Source: the human T2T-CHM13v2.0 reference genome, Homo sapiens. Taken from it: a stretch of DNA of 64,000 nucleotides. A program made the position numbers and the translations under genes. Every line of letters begins with the position of its first letter. The first letter of the stretch is position 1. Shown here piece after piece: positions 47,159 to 62,044 of the stretch. The DNA lies in the NCBI RefSeq assembly GCF_009914755.1, contig NC_060936.1; one strand, written 5' to 3'. The notes beneath the pieces are model-generated. The model was not told the DNA's origin and did not search any database. It saw only the letters and a program-made list of their open reading frames with translations.

Positions 47159-50100
47159 AGAGCAGAAACAAAACCAAAACCGAGAAAAATAGGGAAAAAC
47201 ATCAATGACATCAAAAGTCAGTACTTTGAAAAGATCAATAGATGAAATGAACTTCTATCCAAACTGACGTGATTGAGGAAAAAAAAAAAGGAAGACACAA
47301 ATTACCAATATCTGGAATAATAGCAGACATATCACTACAGATTCTACAGATATTAAAAAAAAATAAGAAGATAATATTACGAATAACTCTATGCCAATAA
47401 AGTCAACAATTGAGGAAAAAAGGGACAAATTCCTTGAAAGACACAAACTGCCAAAGTTTAAACAAAAAGAAAAGGATAACCTAAATAGCCCTATATTTAT
47501 TAATAGATTTAATTCATAGTTAAAGACCTGCCAACAAAGATAACTCAAGTGTTGGATACCTTTGCTGGCAAATTCTATCACACATTTATGGATCAAACAG
47601 CATCAATTGTAGATAAACTCTTCTGTAAAGTAGAAGAAGAGGGAACATTTGGTTTAGTTTCTAAAAATCAATAAGTGTAATTCATGATGTCAACAAACTA
47701 AAGAAGAAAATCCATGTAATCACATTGATAGATGCAGAATAAACATTTGACAAAATTTAAAGAGCATTTTAGAAAACCATGCAGATAACATCACAGTTAA
47801 CGGTGAAATACTAAATGCCTTCCCCCTAAGAGCTGGAACAAGGCTAGGATGTCCACTCTTACCACTATACATTGTACTTAATAATTTACTAAAATAATTA
47901 TTAATATGGCCAATTTAATAAGAAACAAGAAAAAGAAGTAAAAATCATCCAGATTGAAAAGAAAGAAATAAAACTATTACTATTTGTTATCATGACAATG
48001 GGTAACTCCACTGATAGAAACCTGGAAATGATTCTACAAAAAGATACTAAAATTAATAAATGGCTGCAGGATATAAGATCGATGTAAAAAATCAATTATA
48101 TTTGTATATACTAAAAATAAATAATTTCTGGAAATTAAAATTAAAACTAAAACAGTACCATTATAATAAGACCAAAATAAATCTGAAATCAATATAATGC
48201 CCCCAAAGATGAATAAGATTTGCGTGCTAAAAACTCTAAAACATTGATGAGAGAATCAAATAAACAGAGGGCAATACAATGTTTATGAATTGGAAGACTC
48301 AATATTGTTAAGCTGTCAATGCTCTCTCAACTGGTCTATAGATTCAACACAATTTCAATCAAAAATATCAGCTTGGGGCTTGTTTTAAATAAAAATTGTA
48401 AGACCTATTCTAATTTTATGGAGGAAAAAAACAAACAAAAAACTAGAATAGCCAAAAGGTTTATTTGAAAAAATGTGAACAAAGTTGGAGGGTTTACATT
48501 CCTTTATTTGCCGACTAACTATAAGTTTCAGGAATCAAGAAGTGCAGTATTGGAAAAGGAGCAGACTTGCAGATCAGCGGAACACATGACAGACTCCAGA
48601 AATAAATTCATATATATGTGACCAAACAATTTTCAACAAAGATGTCAAATCAATTCAATGAAGAAAAGCTAGTCATTTCAACAAATAGTGCTGGAGCAGT
48701 TGAACATTATATGCAAAAACAAACAAACCAACCTTGACCAAACCTGACACCATATAAAAGTAATTTGAAATTATTTTTCAAATTGTAATTTGAAATGATC
48801 ACACACCTAAATGTAGAGCCAAAAACTCTGAAACTTCCAGATAATCTTTGTGATCTGCATTAGGCAAACATTTCTTAGGTGGAACACAAAAAGCATGAAC
48901 CACAAAATTAAAAAATGATAAATTGGACTTCATCACTTCATCAAAATTAAAAACTTCTGTTCCTTAAAAGATAATGTTAAAAGAATGCAAAGACAAGTCA
49001 CAGATTGAAAGAAAATGTCCACAAAACACATATGTTATTTAAATAAGAAACCGCTGATACACAGAATATATGAGGAACTCAATCAAAAATCAATTTAAAA
49101 TACAAAAATGATCAAAAGACTTGAACAGACATATCACCAAGGAAGAAATGTAGATAGCAAACGAGCATGTGAAAAATTACTCATAATATTATTAGTCATT
49201 AGGAAAATGTAAATTTAAATCACAGTGAGATACACCTACTAGAGTAGCTAAAACCAAACTGAGAATACCAAGCACTGGTGAGGATGCAACGCAAAAAGAA
49301 CCCTCATACATTGTGAGTGGGAATGCAAAATGGTACAGCTACTTTGGAAAGCAGTTTGGCAATTTCATATCATTAAACATATACTTATCATTTGACACAT
49401 ATGATAAGCAATCCTTCCCTTAGGTATTGATCCAAAAGAAATGGAAACTTATGCTCACAAGAAGACCTGTACATGAAAGTTTGTAGGGTTTTATTAATAA
49501 TCTCCAAATACTAGAAACAACCCAGTGGACACCAGTTGGTGAATGGATAAACATATTGTGTTGCATCCATATGATAGAACACTACTCAGAAATAAAGGGG
49601 GGAATGAAGTGTTAATACATGGAACAATACAGACGAATCTCAAATATATCATGCTAAGTGAGAGAAGCTGGACTCAAAAGGAAACATTCTGAATTATTCC
49701 ATTTATATAACATTCTTGCAAAGGTAAACTTGGGAACAAAAAACAGATCAGCAGTTTCAGGGTTTGGGTGCTGGTAGAGGGGATTCATTACATAGGGGCA
49801 GGAAGAAACTTTTTCGGGTGATGGAAATGTTCTAGATCTTGTTTACAATGATGGTTACACAACTACAAGTGCTTTTCAAAATTTATGGAATTCCACACAC
49901 AAAACAGGTAAAATTTTTCGCATATAACTAGACCTCAATATACTCCAATAAATTTTGACTTTGTGGCAAGGAAGAATTTGTTAAAACAGAAGCCAACAGT
50001 CATACAAAGTTAAATACTTAAAAGATTAATAAATTTTAGCCTGTAGGGATCATGGCAGATGGGAGGCTGGACTAGATTGCAGCTCCGGAGAGAGCAACAT

Positions 50101-51449
50101 ACAGATGCTTGCACTGTGAATTTTAGCTCCAGATTGGCTGTAAGAACAAACCAGCAATCCTGAGAGGAGCCACAGACCCTCTGAAGGAAGCGAACGGCTC
50201 CTGCGGGACCTGGGAGACACCCTAAATACTGTGAGTGCCCCAACTGTGGAAGTTGGAAAGGGAGACCCTCCTCTTCTGAACACACACCCCCACTGGAGAA
50301 GCTGAAGGTCTGTTTGTGGGAGAAGTTTCCAACTTTACCTGGAGCTGAGTCAAGTTAGAGAGCCGAGCCAAACAAAATACAGGGGTAGAGAAAGCAGCAG
50401 AAAGGCCCTGGGGGCTCAGTGGGTCCCCAAGCTGCCCATTCCTGCCTGGCACCGCAGGGATCCATCAGGAGGGTGGCCAGAAGAGCAGAGGGTAAAACTC
50501 CACAGGGAGAAGGAATTCCCTGGCTGAACTTTGTAACAATTTGAACGAGGTGAGAAACCTCCTAGTCAGAACTTGGGGGAGGGTACAAATCTGGCTTGCA
50601 GACTTCACAGGCAGGGGAAGAACTAAAGCTCTTTTCTTTCGCGGCTAGGAGACAGAAAGCCTCGGGCAAGTTTTCAAGCCTGTCTCGCCCTGCACCTGGA
50701 AACAGACTCGGACTGTTGTGGTAGGCACGGTGGGAGTGAGACTGGCCCTTTGGTTTGTGTGAGAGCTGGGTGAGGTCTGTGACTGCCGGCTTTCTCCCAC
50801 TTCCCTGACAACCTGCATGACTCAACAGAAGCAGCCATAATCCTCCTAGGTACACAACTCCAGTGATCTGGGAATCTCACCCCATGCCCCACAGCAGCCA
50901 CAGCAAGACCCGTCCAAGGAGAGTCTGAGCCCAGACACACCTAGCCCCACCCCCACCTGCTGGTCCTTCCCTACCCACCCTGGTAGTGGAAGACAAAGGG
51001 CATATAATTTTGGGAGTTCTTGGGCCCCACCCATCACTGGCCCCTCTCCACACTACTACAGTTGATGCTTTCTGGAAAGTGCCACCTCCTGGCAGGAGGC
51101 CAACCAGCACAAAAATAGAGCATTAAACCACCAAAGCTAAGGGCCCCCACAAAGTACATTGCACCCTCTGCCACCTCCACTGGAACAGGCACTGGTATCC
51201 ATGGCTGAGAAACTCATAGATGGTTCGCATCACAGGACTCTGTGCAGACAACCCCTAGTACCAGCCCAGAGCTGGGTAGACTCTCTGAATGCCTAGACCC
51301 AGAAGAGAGACAACGATCACTGCAGTTCAGCTCACAGGGAGCCACAACCACAGGAAAAGTGGGAGAGTACTACACCAACAGAACACTCCATGGGACAAAA
51401 AAATCCAAACAACATCTTTCAGCCCTAGACTCTGACAGAACCTACTCAA

Positions 51450-52464
51450 ATGAGAAGGAGCCAGAAAACCAACCCTGGTAATATGACAAAACAAGGCTCA
51501 TCAATACCCCCTCAAAAATCACACTAGTTCACCAGCAATAGATCCAAACCAAGACGAAATCTCTTATTTATCTTGAAAAGAATTCAGGAGGTTAGTTATT
51601 GAGCTAATCAGGGAGGGGCCAGAGAAAGGCAAAGGCCAATGCAACGAAATCCAAAAAATGATACAAGAAGAGAAGGGAGAAATATCCAAGGAAATAGATA
51701 ACTTAAACAAAAAATCAAAAATTCAGGAAACTTTGGATACACTTCAGGAATGCAAAATGCTCTGGAAAGTCTCAGCAATAGAACTGAACAAGTGGAAGAA
51801 AAAAATTCAGAGCTCGAAGACAAGGTCTTCAAATTAACCCACTTCTACAAAGACAAAGAAAAAAGAATTAGAAAATATGAACAAAGCCTCCAAGAAATCT
51901 GGGATTGTGTTAAATGACAAAACCTAAGAATAATCGGTGTTCCTGAGGAAGAAGACAATTCTAGAAGCTTGGAAAACAATATTTGGGGGAATAATCAAGG
52001 AAAACTTCCCCAGCCTTGCTAGAGACCTAGACATGCAAATACAAGAAGCACAAAGAACACCTGGGAAATTCACCGCAAAAAGATCTTCACCCAGGCACAT
52101 TGTCCTCAGGTTATACAAAGTTAAGATGAAGGAAAGAATCTTAAGAGCTGTGAGACAGAAGCACCAGGTAACCTATGAAGGAAAACCCATCAGATTAACA
52201 GCAGATTTCTCAGCAGAAACCCTACAAGCTAGAAGGAATTGAGGCCCTATCTTCAGCCTACTCAAACGAAACAATTATCAGCCAAAAACTTTGTATCCAG
52301 TGAAACTAAGCATGATATGAAGGAAAGATACAGTCATTTTCAGATAAACAAATGCTGAGAGAATTTGCCATTACCAAGCAACCACTGTAAGAATTGCTAA
52401 AAGGAGCTCTAAATCCTGAAACAAATCCTAGAAACACATCAAAACAGGACCTCTTTAAAGCATA
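51450..52464 (+). pseudogene. L1PB ORF1p, disrupted
   Basis: ORF 51937-52242 ...IIKENFPSLARDLDMQIQEAQRTP...GKPIRLTADFSAETLQARR. Confidence 0.85.
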
Positions 52465-52548
52465 AGTCACACAGGACCTATAAAACAAAAATATAAGTTA
52501 AAAAAGCAAAAACAAAAAACAAAACAAAGTACATAGGCAACAAAGAGC

Positions 52549-55500
52549 ATGATCAGTGCAATGGTACCTAACATTTCAATATTAACGTTGAATGTAAATG
52601 CCTAAGTGCCCCACTTAAAAAATAGAGAGCCACAGAATGGATAAGAGCTCACCAACCATCTGCTGCCTTCAAAAAACTCACCTAACAGATAAGGACTCAC
52701 ATAAACTTAAAATAAAGGGGTGGAAAAAGGCATTTCATGCAAATGGACACCAAAAGTGAGCAGTGGTAGCTATTCTTATATCAGATAAAACAAACTTTAA
52801 AGCAACAGCGGTTAAAAGAGACACAGAGAAACATTATATATTGATAAAAGGCCTTGTCCAACAGGAAAATATCACAATCCTAAACATATATGCATCGAAC
52901 ACCTGAGATCCCAAATTTATGAAACAATTACTAACAGACCTAAGAAATGAGATAGATAGCAATAAAATAATAGTGGGGGACTTCAATACTTCACTGGCAG
53001 CATTAGACAGGTCATCAAGTCAGAAAGTCAACAAAGAAACAATGGATTTAAACTATACCATGGAACAAATGGATTTAACAGAAATATACAGAACATTTCA
53101 TCCAACAACCTCAGAACACACATTCTATTCAACAGCACATGGAACTTTCTCCAAGACAGACCCTATGATAGGCCATAAAATGAGCCTCAATAAATTTAAA
53201 AAAATTGAAATTATATCAAGCACTCTCTTAGACCACAGTGGAATAAAACTGGAAATCAACTCCAAAAGGAACCTTCAAAACCACGCAAATACATGGGAAT
53301 TAAATAACCTGCTCCTGAATGAGCATTGGGTCAAAAACAAAATCAAGATTGAAATTAAAAAATTATTCAAACTGAATGACAAGAATGACACAACCTATCA
53401 AAAACCTCTGGGATACAGTTAAGGCAATGATAAGAGGTTCATAGCCCTAAACAACTATATCAAAAAGTCTGAAAGGGCACAAACAGACAATCTAAGGTCA
53501 CACCTCAAGGGACTAGAGAAACAAGAACAAAACCAAACCCAAACCCAGCAGAATAAAGGAAATAACCAAGATCAGAGCAGAACCAAGTGAAACTGAAACA
53601 AACAAAAAAATACAAACAATAAATGAAGCAAAAAGCTGGTTCTTTGAAAAGATAAATAAAATTGATAGACCATTAGTAAGATTAACCAAGAAAAGGAGAG
53701 AAAATTCAAATAACCTCACTAAGAAATGAAGCAGGAGATATTACAACTGACACCACTGAAATACAAAAGATCATTCAGGGCTACTATGAACAACTTTACG
53801 CACATAAACTAGAAAACCTAGACGAGATGGATAAATTCCCAGAAAAATACAACTCTCCTAGCTTAAATCAGGAAGAATTAGATACCCTGAGCAGACCAAT
53901 AACAAGCAGTGAGACTGAAACAGTGATTTTAAAATTACCAACAAAAAAATGTTCAGGACCAGATGGATTCACAGAAGAATTCTACCAGACATTCAAAGAA
54001 GAATTGGTACCAATCCTTTTGACACTATTCCACAAGATAAAGAAGGAACCCTCCCTAATTCATTCTATGAAGCCAGCATCACCCTAATACCAAAACCAGG
54101 AAAGGACACAACCACGAAAGAAAACTACAGACAGATATCCTTGATGAAGTTAGATGCTAAAATCCTTAATAAAATACTAGCTAACCAAATCCAACAACAT
54201 ATCAAAAAGATAATCCACCATGATCAACTGGGTTTCATACCAGAGATGCAGGGACGGTTTAACATACACAAGTCAACAAATACGATACACCACCTAAACA
54301 GAAGTAAAAACAAAAATCACATGATCGTCTCAGTAGATACAGAAAAAGCATTAGACAAAATCCAGCATGCTTTATGATTAAAATTCTCAGCAAAATCAAC
54401 ATACAAGGGACATACCTTAATGTAATAAAATCCATCTATGACAAACCCACAGCCAACATAATACTGAATGGGGAAAAATTGAAAGCACTCCCTCTGAGAA
54501 CAGGAATGAGACAAGGATGCCCACTCTCACCACTCCTCTTCAACATAGTATTGGAAGTCCTAGCCAGAGAAATCAGACAAGAGAAAGAAATAAAGGGCAT
54601 CCAAATCAGTAAAGAGGAAAGTCAAACTGTCCCCATTTGCTGATGATATGATCGTTTACCTTGAAAACCCCAGGAACTCTTCCAGAAAGCTCCTAGAACT
54701 GATAAAAGCATTCAACAAAATTCCCAGATACAAGATTAATGCACGCAAATCAATAGCTCTTCTACACAGCAACAGCAACCAAGCGGAGAATCAAATCAAG
54801 AACTCAACCCCCTTTACAGTAGCCGCAAATAAAATAAAATACTTAGGAATATACTTAACAAAGGAGTCGAAAGACCTCTACAAGAAAAACTACAAAATAT
54901 TGCTGAAAGAAATCACAGACAATACAAACAAATGGAAACGCATCCCATGCTCATGGATGGGTAGAATCAATATTGTAAAAATGACCATTCTGCCAAAGTA
55001 ATCCACAAATTAAACACAATCCCCATCAAAATACCACCATCATTCTTCACAGAGTTAGAAAAAATAATTCTAAAATTCATATGGAACCAAAAAAGAGCCT
55101 GCATAGCCAAAGCAAGACTAAGCAAAAAGAACAAGTCTGGAGGCATCACACTACCTGATTTCAAACTATACTATAAGACCATAGTCACTAAAAGAGTGTG
55201 GTGCTGGTAAAAAATATAGGCACATAGACCAATGGAACTGAGTAGAGAACCAGAAATAAACCCAAATACTTCCAGCCAACTGATCTTCGACAAAGCAAAC
55301 AAAACCATAAAGTGGGGAAAGGACACTCTTTTCAGCAAATGGTGCTGGGATAATTGGCTAGCCACATGTAGGAGAATTAAACTGCATCCTCATCTCTCAC
55401 CTCATACAAAAATCAACTTAAGATGGATTAAGGACTTAAACCTAAGACCTGAAACTAAAAATTCTAGAAGACAACATTGGAAAAACCCTTCTAGACGTTG

Positions 55501-56335
55501 GCTTAGGCAAGGATTTCATGACCAAAAACCCAAAAGCAAATGCAATAAAAACAAAGATAAATAGCTAGGACCTAATTAAAGAGCTTTTCCATGGCAAAAG
55601 GAACAGTCAGCAGAGTAAACAGACAATCCACAGAGTGGGAGAAAGTCTTCACAATCTATACATCTGACAAAGGACTAACATCCAGAATCTACAACAAACT
55701 CAAACAAATCAGTAAGAAAAAATATACAAATGGCCAACAAACATATGAAAAAATGCTCAACTTCACTCATGATCAGGGAATTGCAAATCAAAACCACAAT
55801 GCGATATCACCTTACTCCCAGGGAAATGGCCATAATCAAAAATCAAAAAACAGTAGATGTTGGCATGGATGTGGTGATCAGGGAACACTTCTACACTGCT
55901 GGTGGGACTGTAAACTAGTACAGCCACTATGGAAAACAGTGTGGAGATTCCTTAATGAACTAAATGTAGAACTACCATTTGATCCAGCAATCTTACTACT
56001 GGGTATCTACCCAGAGGAAAAGAAGTCATTATTTGAAAAAGATACTTGCACACGCATGTTTATAGCAGCACAATTCACAATTGCAAAATCGTAGAACCAA
56101 CCCAAATGCCCATCAATCTAGTGGATAAACTGTGATATATATATATATATCCATAATATATATATATATCCATAATATATATATATATATGATGGAATAC
56201 TACTCAGCCATAAAGAGGAATGAATTAACAGCACTTGCAGTGACCTGGATGAGATTGGACACTATTATTCTAAGTGAAGTAACTCAGGATTGGAAACCCA
56301 AACATCATATGTTCTCACTGATATGTGGGAGCTAA
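52549..56335 (+). pseudogene. L1PB ORF2p, disrupted
   Basis: EN (GDFNTSL, DHSGIKLEIN) and RT (RQGCPLSP) fragments over many broken ORFs. Confidence 0.9.
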
Positions 56336-57044
56336 GCTATGAGACACAAAGGCATAAGAATGATACAATGGACTTTGGAGACTTGGGGGGAAGAGTGGAA
56401 GGAGGGGGAGGGATAAAAGACTACAGATATGGTGCAGTGTATACTGCTCAGGTGATAGGTGCACCAAAATCTCACAAATCACCACTAAAGAACTTACTCA
56501 TGTAACCAAACACCACATGCACCCCAATAACTTATGGAAAAATAAAATAATAAAAATAAAAATAAATAAACATGAAAAAATAATACATTTTGCCATATAA
56601 AGATCCTTTTAAAAGTTGAATTATGCTCTAAAAGATTAACTGTAATGAGAGGTATCAGCAAGTCCTCTATTACCAGAAAATCATCCTGACATTGCTAAAC
56701 TCCCTTTAGAAGGATATGTACGAATACTTTGGAATTTCCTGGCATGATTCCCTTTGGGGAATAAGGGAAAGGTCCGTGGGAAGCACTTGAGGATATCGCT
56801 ATGAAGTGACAGACCCCAGAACCAGTTATGATAAGGAGCCCCTGGGGCTTCCTGGTCCACTGGGAGTCAGCTGTGAATGAGAACTAGAGGGTTGAGCACT
56901 GGGAACTGAACCTGAGCAGACTTTCTTGGCTGAATTAGGCATGGCCTAAAGACCCCTGGAAGCCTGTGCAGGAGTCTTGGTTAGTACCGCATCATCACCT
57001 GGGGAGAGGAGCTACTTCCCTGTTCTGTGTGGAACTCATTCCAA

Positions 57045-57060
57045 CAGCGCCACCGTGTGA
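57045..57060 (-). promoter_or_regulatory. Candidate CTCF site in a CpG-retaining unique patch
   Basis: Minus strand TCACACGGTGGCGCTG resembles the CTCF core CCAC-AGGTGGCGCTG; motif match only. Confidence 0.4.
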
Positions 57061-57392
57061 TTATAAGAAGCAGACACAACAGTGAACCGAGAAGATTCCT
57101 GCACTGTAGCCGCTTGGATGTGGAAGCCGTTAACCCTTTGGGGACTTCATTGAGCCCTGGAGTTGTTGGACGATTCCAGAAGTAGAGAAGCGCTTACAGG
57201 CAGGAGAGTCTGGACTTCCGCTAATTATTCATATGGGTATACACAAAATTGTTAGGAAAAATAAGAGAGATGACAGTGCGTGTATCTTGAATTTGTGAAG
57301 CATTTTCTATTAGATGTTATTATCACAAATAGCACAGCTGTACGGTAATTTTATACTTTATGTATCTCTATAGTTGAACTTGTATAGGAATT

Positions 57393-58243
<851 letters not shown>

Positions 58244-58404
58244 GACATTTTGAGGTTTGTTAATATTTAAAAATATAGTCTTTAAAAAAAACTCCAATGA
58301 ACAAATATTTAAAAGGATTTTTATAGACAACAACAGTCTTACTTTCAAAAAGCAGAGGAACCATTTTTATGTTTTTATTTTTTATATGTAAAAATATAGT
58401 CTTT

Positions 58405-59175
58405 GTTGGAGAGTACGTGGAGAAAAGGGAACCTTGCACGCTGTTGATAAGAATATAAATTAGTACAGCCATTATGGAAAAGAGTCTGGAGGCTTCCCAA
58501 AAAATTGAAAATAGTACTACCATACGATCCAGCAATCCCACTACTCTGCATGTTTCCAAGGGATATGAAATCAGTATGTCAAAGAGGTATCTGCACTCTC
58601 ATGTTCATTACAGCGTTTTTCACAATAGCCAAGTTATGAAATCAACCTAAGTGTCCACAAACAGATAAGTGGATAGAGAAAATATGGTATCTATACACAA
58701 TGGGATGCTCTTCAGTCTTTAAAAAGAAGGAAATTCTGCCATTTTCAACAACATGAATGAACCTGGAAGACACAATGTTAAGTAAAATAAGCCAGGCAAG
58801 AATGACAAATACCACATGATCTTACATAGTATATGTGAAATCTAAAAAAGTTGAACTCATAGAAGTAGATAGTAAAATGGTGGTTGCCAGAGGTGAGGCC
58901 TTAGGAGATGTTGGTCAAAGGATACAAAACTTCAATTAAATAGGAGGAATAAGTTCAAGGAGTCTATTGTACAACATGGTGACTACAGTTAATAATGTAT
59001 TGTGTTCTTGAAAATTGCTAAGAGAAGTAGATTCTCAGTGGTCCCACCACAAAAGAAAAAAGTGAGGTAATGCATATGCTAATTAGCTCAATCTAGTCAT
59101 TCCACAATGTATATATAATTTAAAACAACTGTTGTACAAGATTAATATCTGCAATCTTTGGCTATTAAAAAAAGT
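58405..59175 (+). mobile_element. L1MA (L1MA5-8-like) 3' fragment
   Basis: ORF2 end plus 3'UTR ggtcaaaggatacaaa..aggaggaataagttcaag..catggtgactacagttaataa. Confidence 0.82.
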
Positions 59176-59179
59176 CAAA

Positions 59180-59462
59180 AAATTATATATAATTATATAT
59201 CTACTTTATATAAATTCAGATATCAATATAGGTATATTAATATATAATTTATATATAAATATATCTAATTATATAGAAATATGTTATATATATTAAATGT
59301 TATATATATTAAATATATATTATATATTATATATATAATATATATAATATATATTAATAATTAATCTATTAACTATTTATATTATATATAAATAATATAT
59401 TGATTTATATTATAAATATATTTATATTTAATTATATATATATATGTAGAGAGAGAGAGAGA
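59180..59462. repeat. AT-rich low-complexity/(TA)n tract ending in (GA)n
   Basis: Almost pure A/T, imperfect TA repeats. Confidence 0.9.
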
Positions 59463-61074
59463 TTGAGAGTCTTTATAGTGCCTTGACTTTTCTATTAGAA
59501 AGAAGCCAAGCTTCCTAGGATACTATTTATCCAACCATTCCTAACATTTTCTTCAGCGTGGTTCCTTATTCAGCCTGGGGTCAAATAAGTGGTTTCAATA
59601 AACCTCCTGAAGTAGTATGCAAAAGTTCATGTATATGCTTATTTTGGGGGACAAAAAGGTCCAAAGCTTAGATCGGATTACCAAAAGTACTCTGAAAATG
59701 ACCCTCCTCTGAGGGAAAAAGAAAAAAAAGGTTTGTAAATAAATGTGTTGCTTCCACACAACACACATTTTTATGCTTCCACGTCTTTATGCACTGGTGC
59801 CATGAGATTAGGTGGCGTATTGGGAAGAGGATAGGTTTTGATCTCCCAGACTTCCGATTCAAGCTAAACCGGCTAAGTAGTAACAACATTTATGGAAATA
59901 AGAAATAGTAAATTTTTACTGATGGAGACATACTAACAAAAGAGCAATTCAAGATGTATGAAAATTGATGAAGCTTAAGGACAGCCCCCCCACACCAAAA
60001 AAAAAATCAAAGAGAGAATAGAGGTCAATTTAACTAAGAAGCTAAAAAAAAGGAAAGATGGTCACACTGTCCATAACAAAAAGTATAGATATTGTGAAAA
60101 GTTACTGTAAAGATAGACAACAAAATAGGGGGGAAATTGTCACACACAGCAGATTAAATATTAACAAGAAAAAGTCAACCCCATAGGACAGAAATTTTCA
60201 TTTTCACAAAAAAAGTGCAAACTCAAATGCAAAATAGCTCTATTATTCCTACTGGCCAAAAATGTTGTCCATGCATAGACGCATCTCAAAAAGCATTATG
60301 CCAAATGAAAGTTGCTGAGCACAAGATCCCACTGACATGGAAGGGGGAGTAGACTGACTGCAGAGGGACACCAGGGAACTTTATTGGTGATGGAAACGTT
60401 CCATATCTTGGCTACATGATGGAATATATTTGCCAACCTCAAACTATACACTTAAAATAGATGAATTTTGTTGAATTTAAATTATATCTAACAGATTTTT
60501 CAAAATATGTAAGGACACACACTAGGTTATTAACATGGATTGGAAGGGATGTGATAGGGAAGAAGAGCAAACCAGGCAAAAGGGTAAAAAAGAAAACTAC
60601 TCTAAACATTGTTTATATAATCCCATTTATGCACTTATGAAAAAGCTGTATGCATTAAAAAAAAACTCACCAAATAATACTGCAAGACTGCAATCCAATA
60701 CTTATATCTTTGGCATGTTCAAATTCAAGGGCAGAACAGGTGATAAAAGCCAGATGACAATGCATCATGGGAGAGAAGGAGGTGGAGGAAGTGCGACAGT
60801 GAGTTCGTTTAAATTGAGTCGTTGCCCCTAGAAGCAGTGATGAAAGATGAAGGGCATGTTAAGCCTGCTGTAAATGCTGTAAACTGGCCTATTTCCAAGA
60901 GTAAGTCCCAGCATGTCCATTCCAGATGCTCATGTTTCAGGGGTAATGTACGCATAGTGAAAGAGCAGCAGCTCTTGGGGTGTAGGTTAACATTAGCCTT
61001 TCTGGAAGGAACCAATCTTGGTCCAGATGATTGTGCTTCAAAGGTAGCCCACAGGAGCAAACAGTCCCATGTGA

Positions 61075-61690
61075 GTAAATAGGCAGCAAGTTTGGGTGGT
61101 TAAGGAAACTCCAGCTTTGACAGAAATCAGTCTGGGTCTCACCATGAGTATACAATTGTTCATACTAAAATAGAGATAATCCCACCTGGCTTGTTTTATG
61201 AATTATTAGCAATATCGTTATGTACACAGGACATGGCACAAAACAGCCAATTAGCAATGGCTGTTATTATTCCTTTGCCTAGAAAGACTCTGGAGCACAC
61301 TATGCAATCACGTAACAGCTGCTGGATGGACAAACGGCTGGACGAATGGATGCATGGATGAATAAACTGGGAATACCCAATTCCAGTGAACTACTTTTCC
61401 TGACTGAGCTAAAACATTGTCTCCTTTGGGAAGTACCTCTATTCCAAGCTACACTCACATTTTCTCACTTACTAGTGTAGGTTTTAGAGCCAAATTGCCT
61501 GTGCTTGAATCTTGACTCCACTATTTACTGTGTCTTTGGGGCAAATCACATAAACTCTCAATTCAGCTTCCTCAACTATAAACTGGTGCTTAACAATAAG
61601 GTTTCCATAAGGATTAAAAGACTTAATACAAAAACATCTTTATTAGACTGGCTGCCCATAGTAAGCATTCAATAAATATTAGCAATTATT
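61075..61690 (+). mobile_element. Two MIR fragments (~61075-61270 and ~61470-61690)
   Basis: MIR core (ttgaatcttgactccactatttact..cttcctcaactataaa..cccatagtaagcattcaataaatattagc). Confidence 0.65.
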
Positions 61691-61734
61691 AAAATACTAC
61701 ATTACCACATCTTACAAATTATTTACCTATGCAG

Positions 61735-61965
61735 ACACTGACTGTAAGCTCTATGAGGGAGAACTTTTGTGTGTTTCGTTCACTGCCTAAAACTGTGCCC
61801 TGCCATCTAGCAGGCATTCAATAAACAGTTGTTGAATGAATACCTACCTACCCTGAAACAATGAAAGAGCCAAAATTACAAACACACACCCCTTCCAAAA
61901 TTAAGGCCAAGGCCTTACATTTAATAGGTGCTCAATAGATGTTTGTTGACTGAAGAAATGAATGG
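61735..61965 (+). mobile_element. L2 3'-end fragments
   Basis: gactgtaagctctatgaggg..tagcaggcattcaataaacagttgttgaatgaat and taggtgctcaatagatgtttgttgactgaa. Confidence 0.7.
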
Positions 61966-62044
61966 AGATGATCAGATAGAAAGTGATTCAGAAAACTGAC
62001 AGTAGTATATGATGGAGGTAAAAAAGAGATTTAGGAATATTCCA

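Larger units (their letters stand above)
50046..56570 (+). mobile_element. Full-length (~6.5 kb) L1PB1-like LINE-1, dead
   Basis: GC-rich ~1.4 kb L1PB-type 5'UTR (ggatcatggcagatgggagg..ggactagattgcagctcc), ORF1 and ORF2 fragments, L1PB1 3'UTR (ccccaataacttatggaaaaata), A-rich tail. Confidence 0.9.

Noticed and set aside
50046-56570. Series of RT/endonuclease ORFs as a novel retroelement system
   Set aside because: Ordinary broken L1PB ORF1/ORF2 fragments.
58268-58404. 16-bp direct repeat taaaaatatagtcttt (58268-58283 and 58389-58404) around ~105 bp
   Set aside because: No correctly placed poly(A)/poly(T) tail and low complexity; cannot be called a TPRT insertion.
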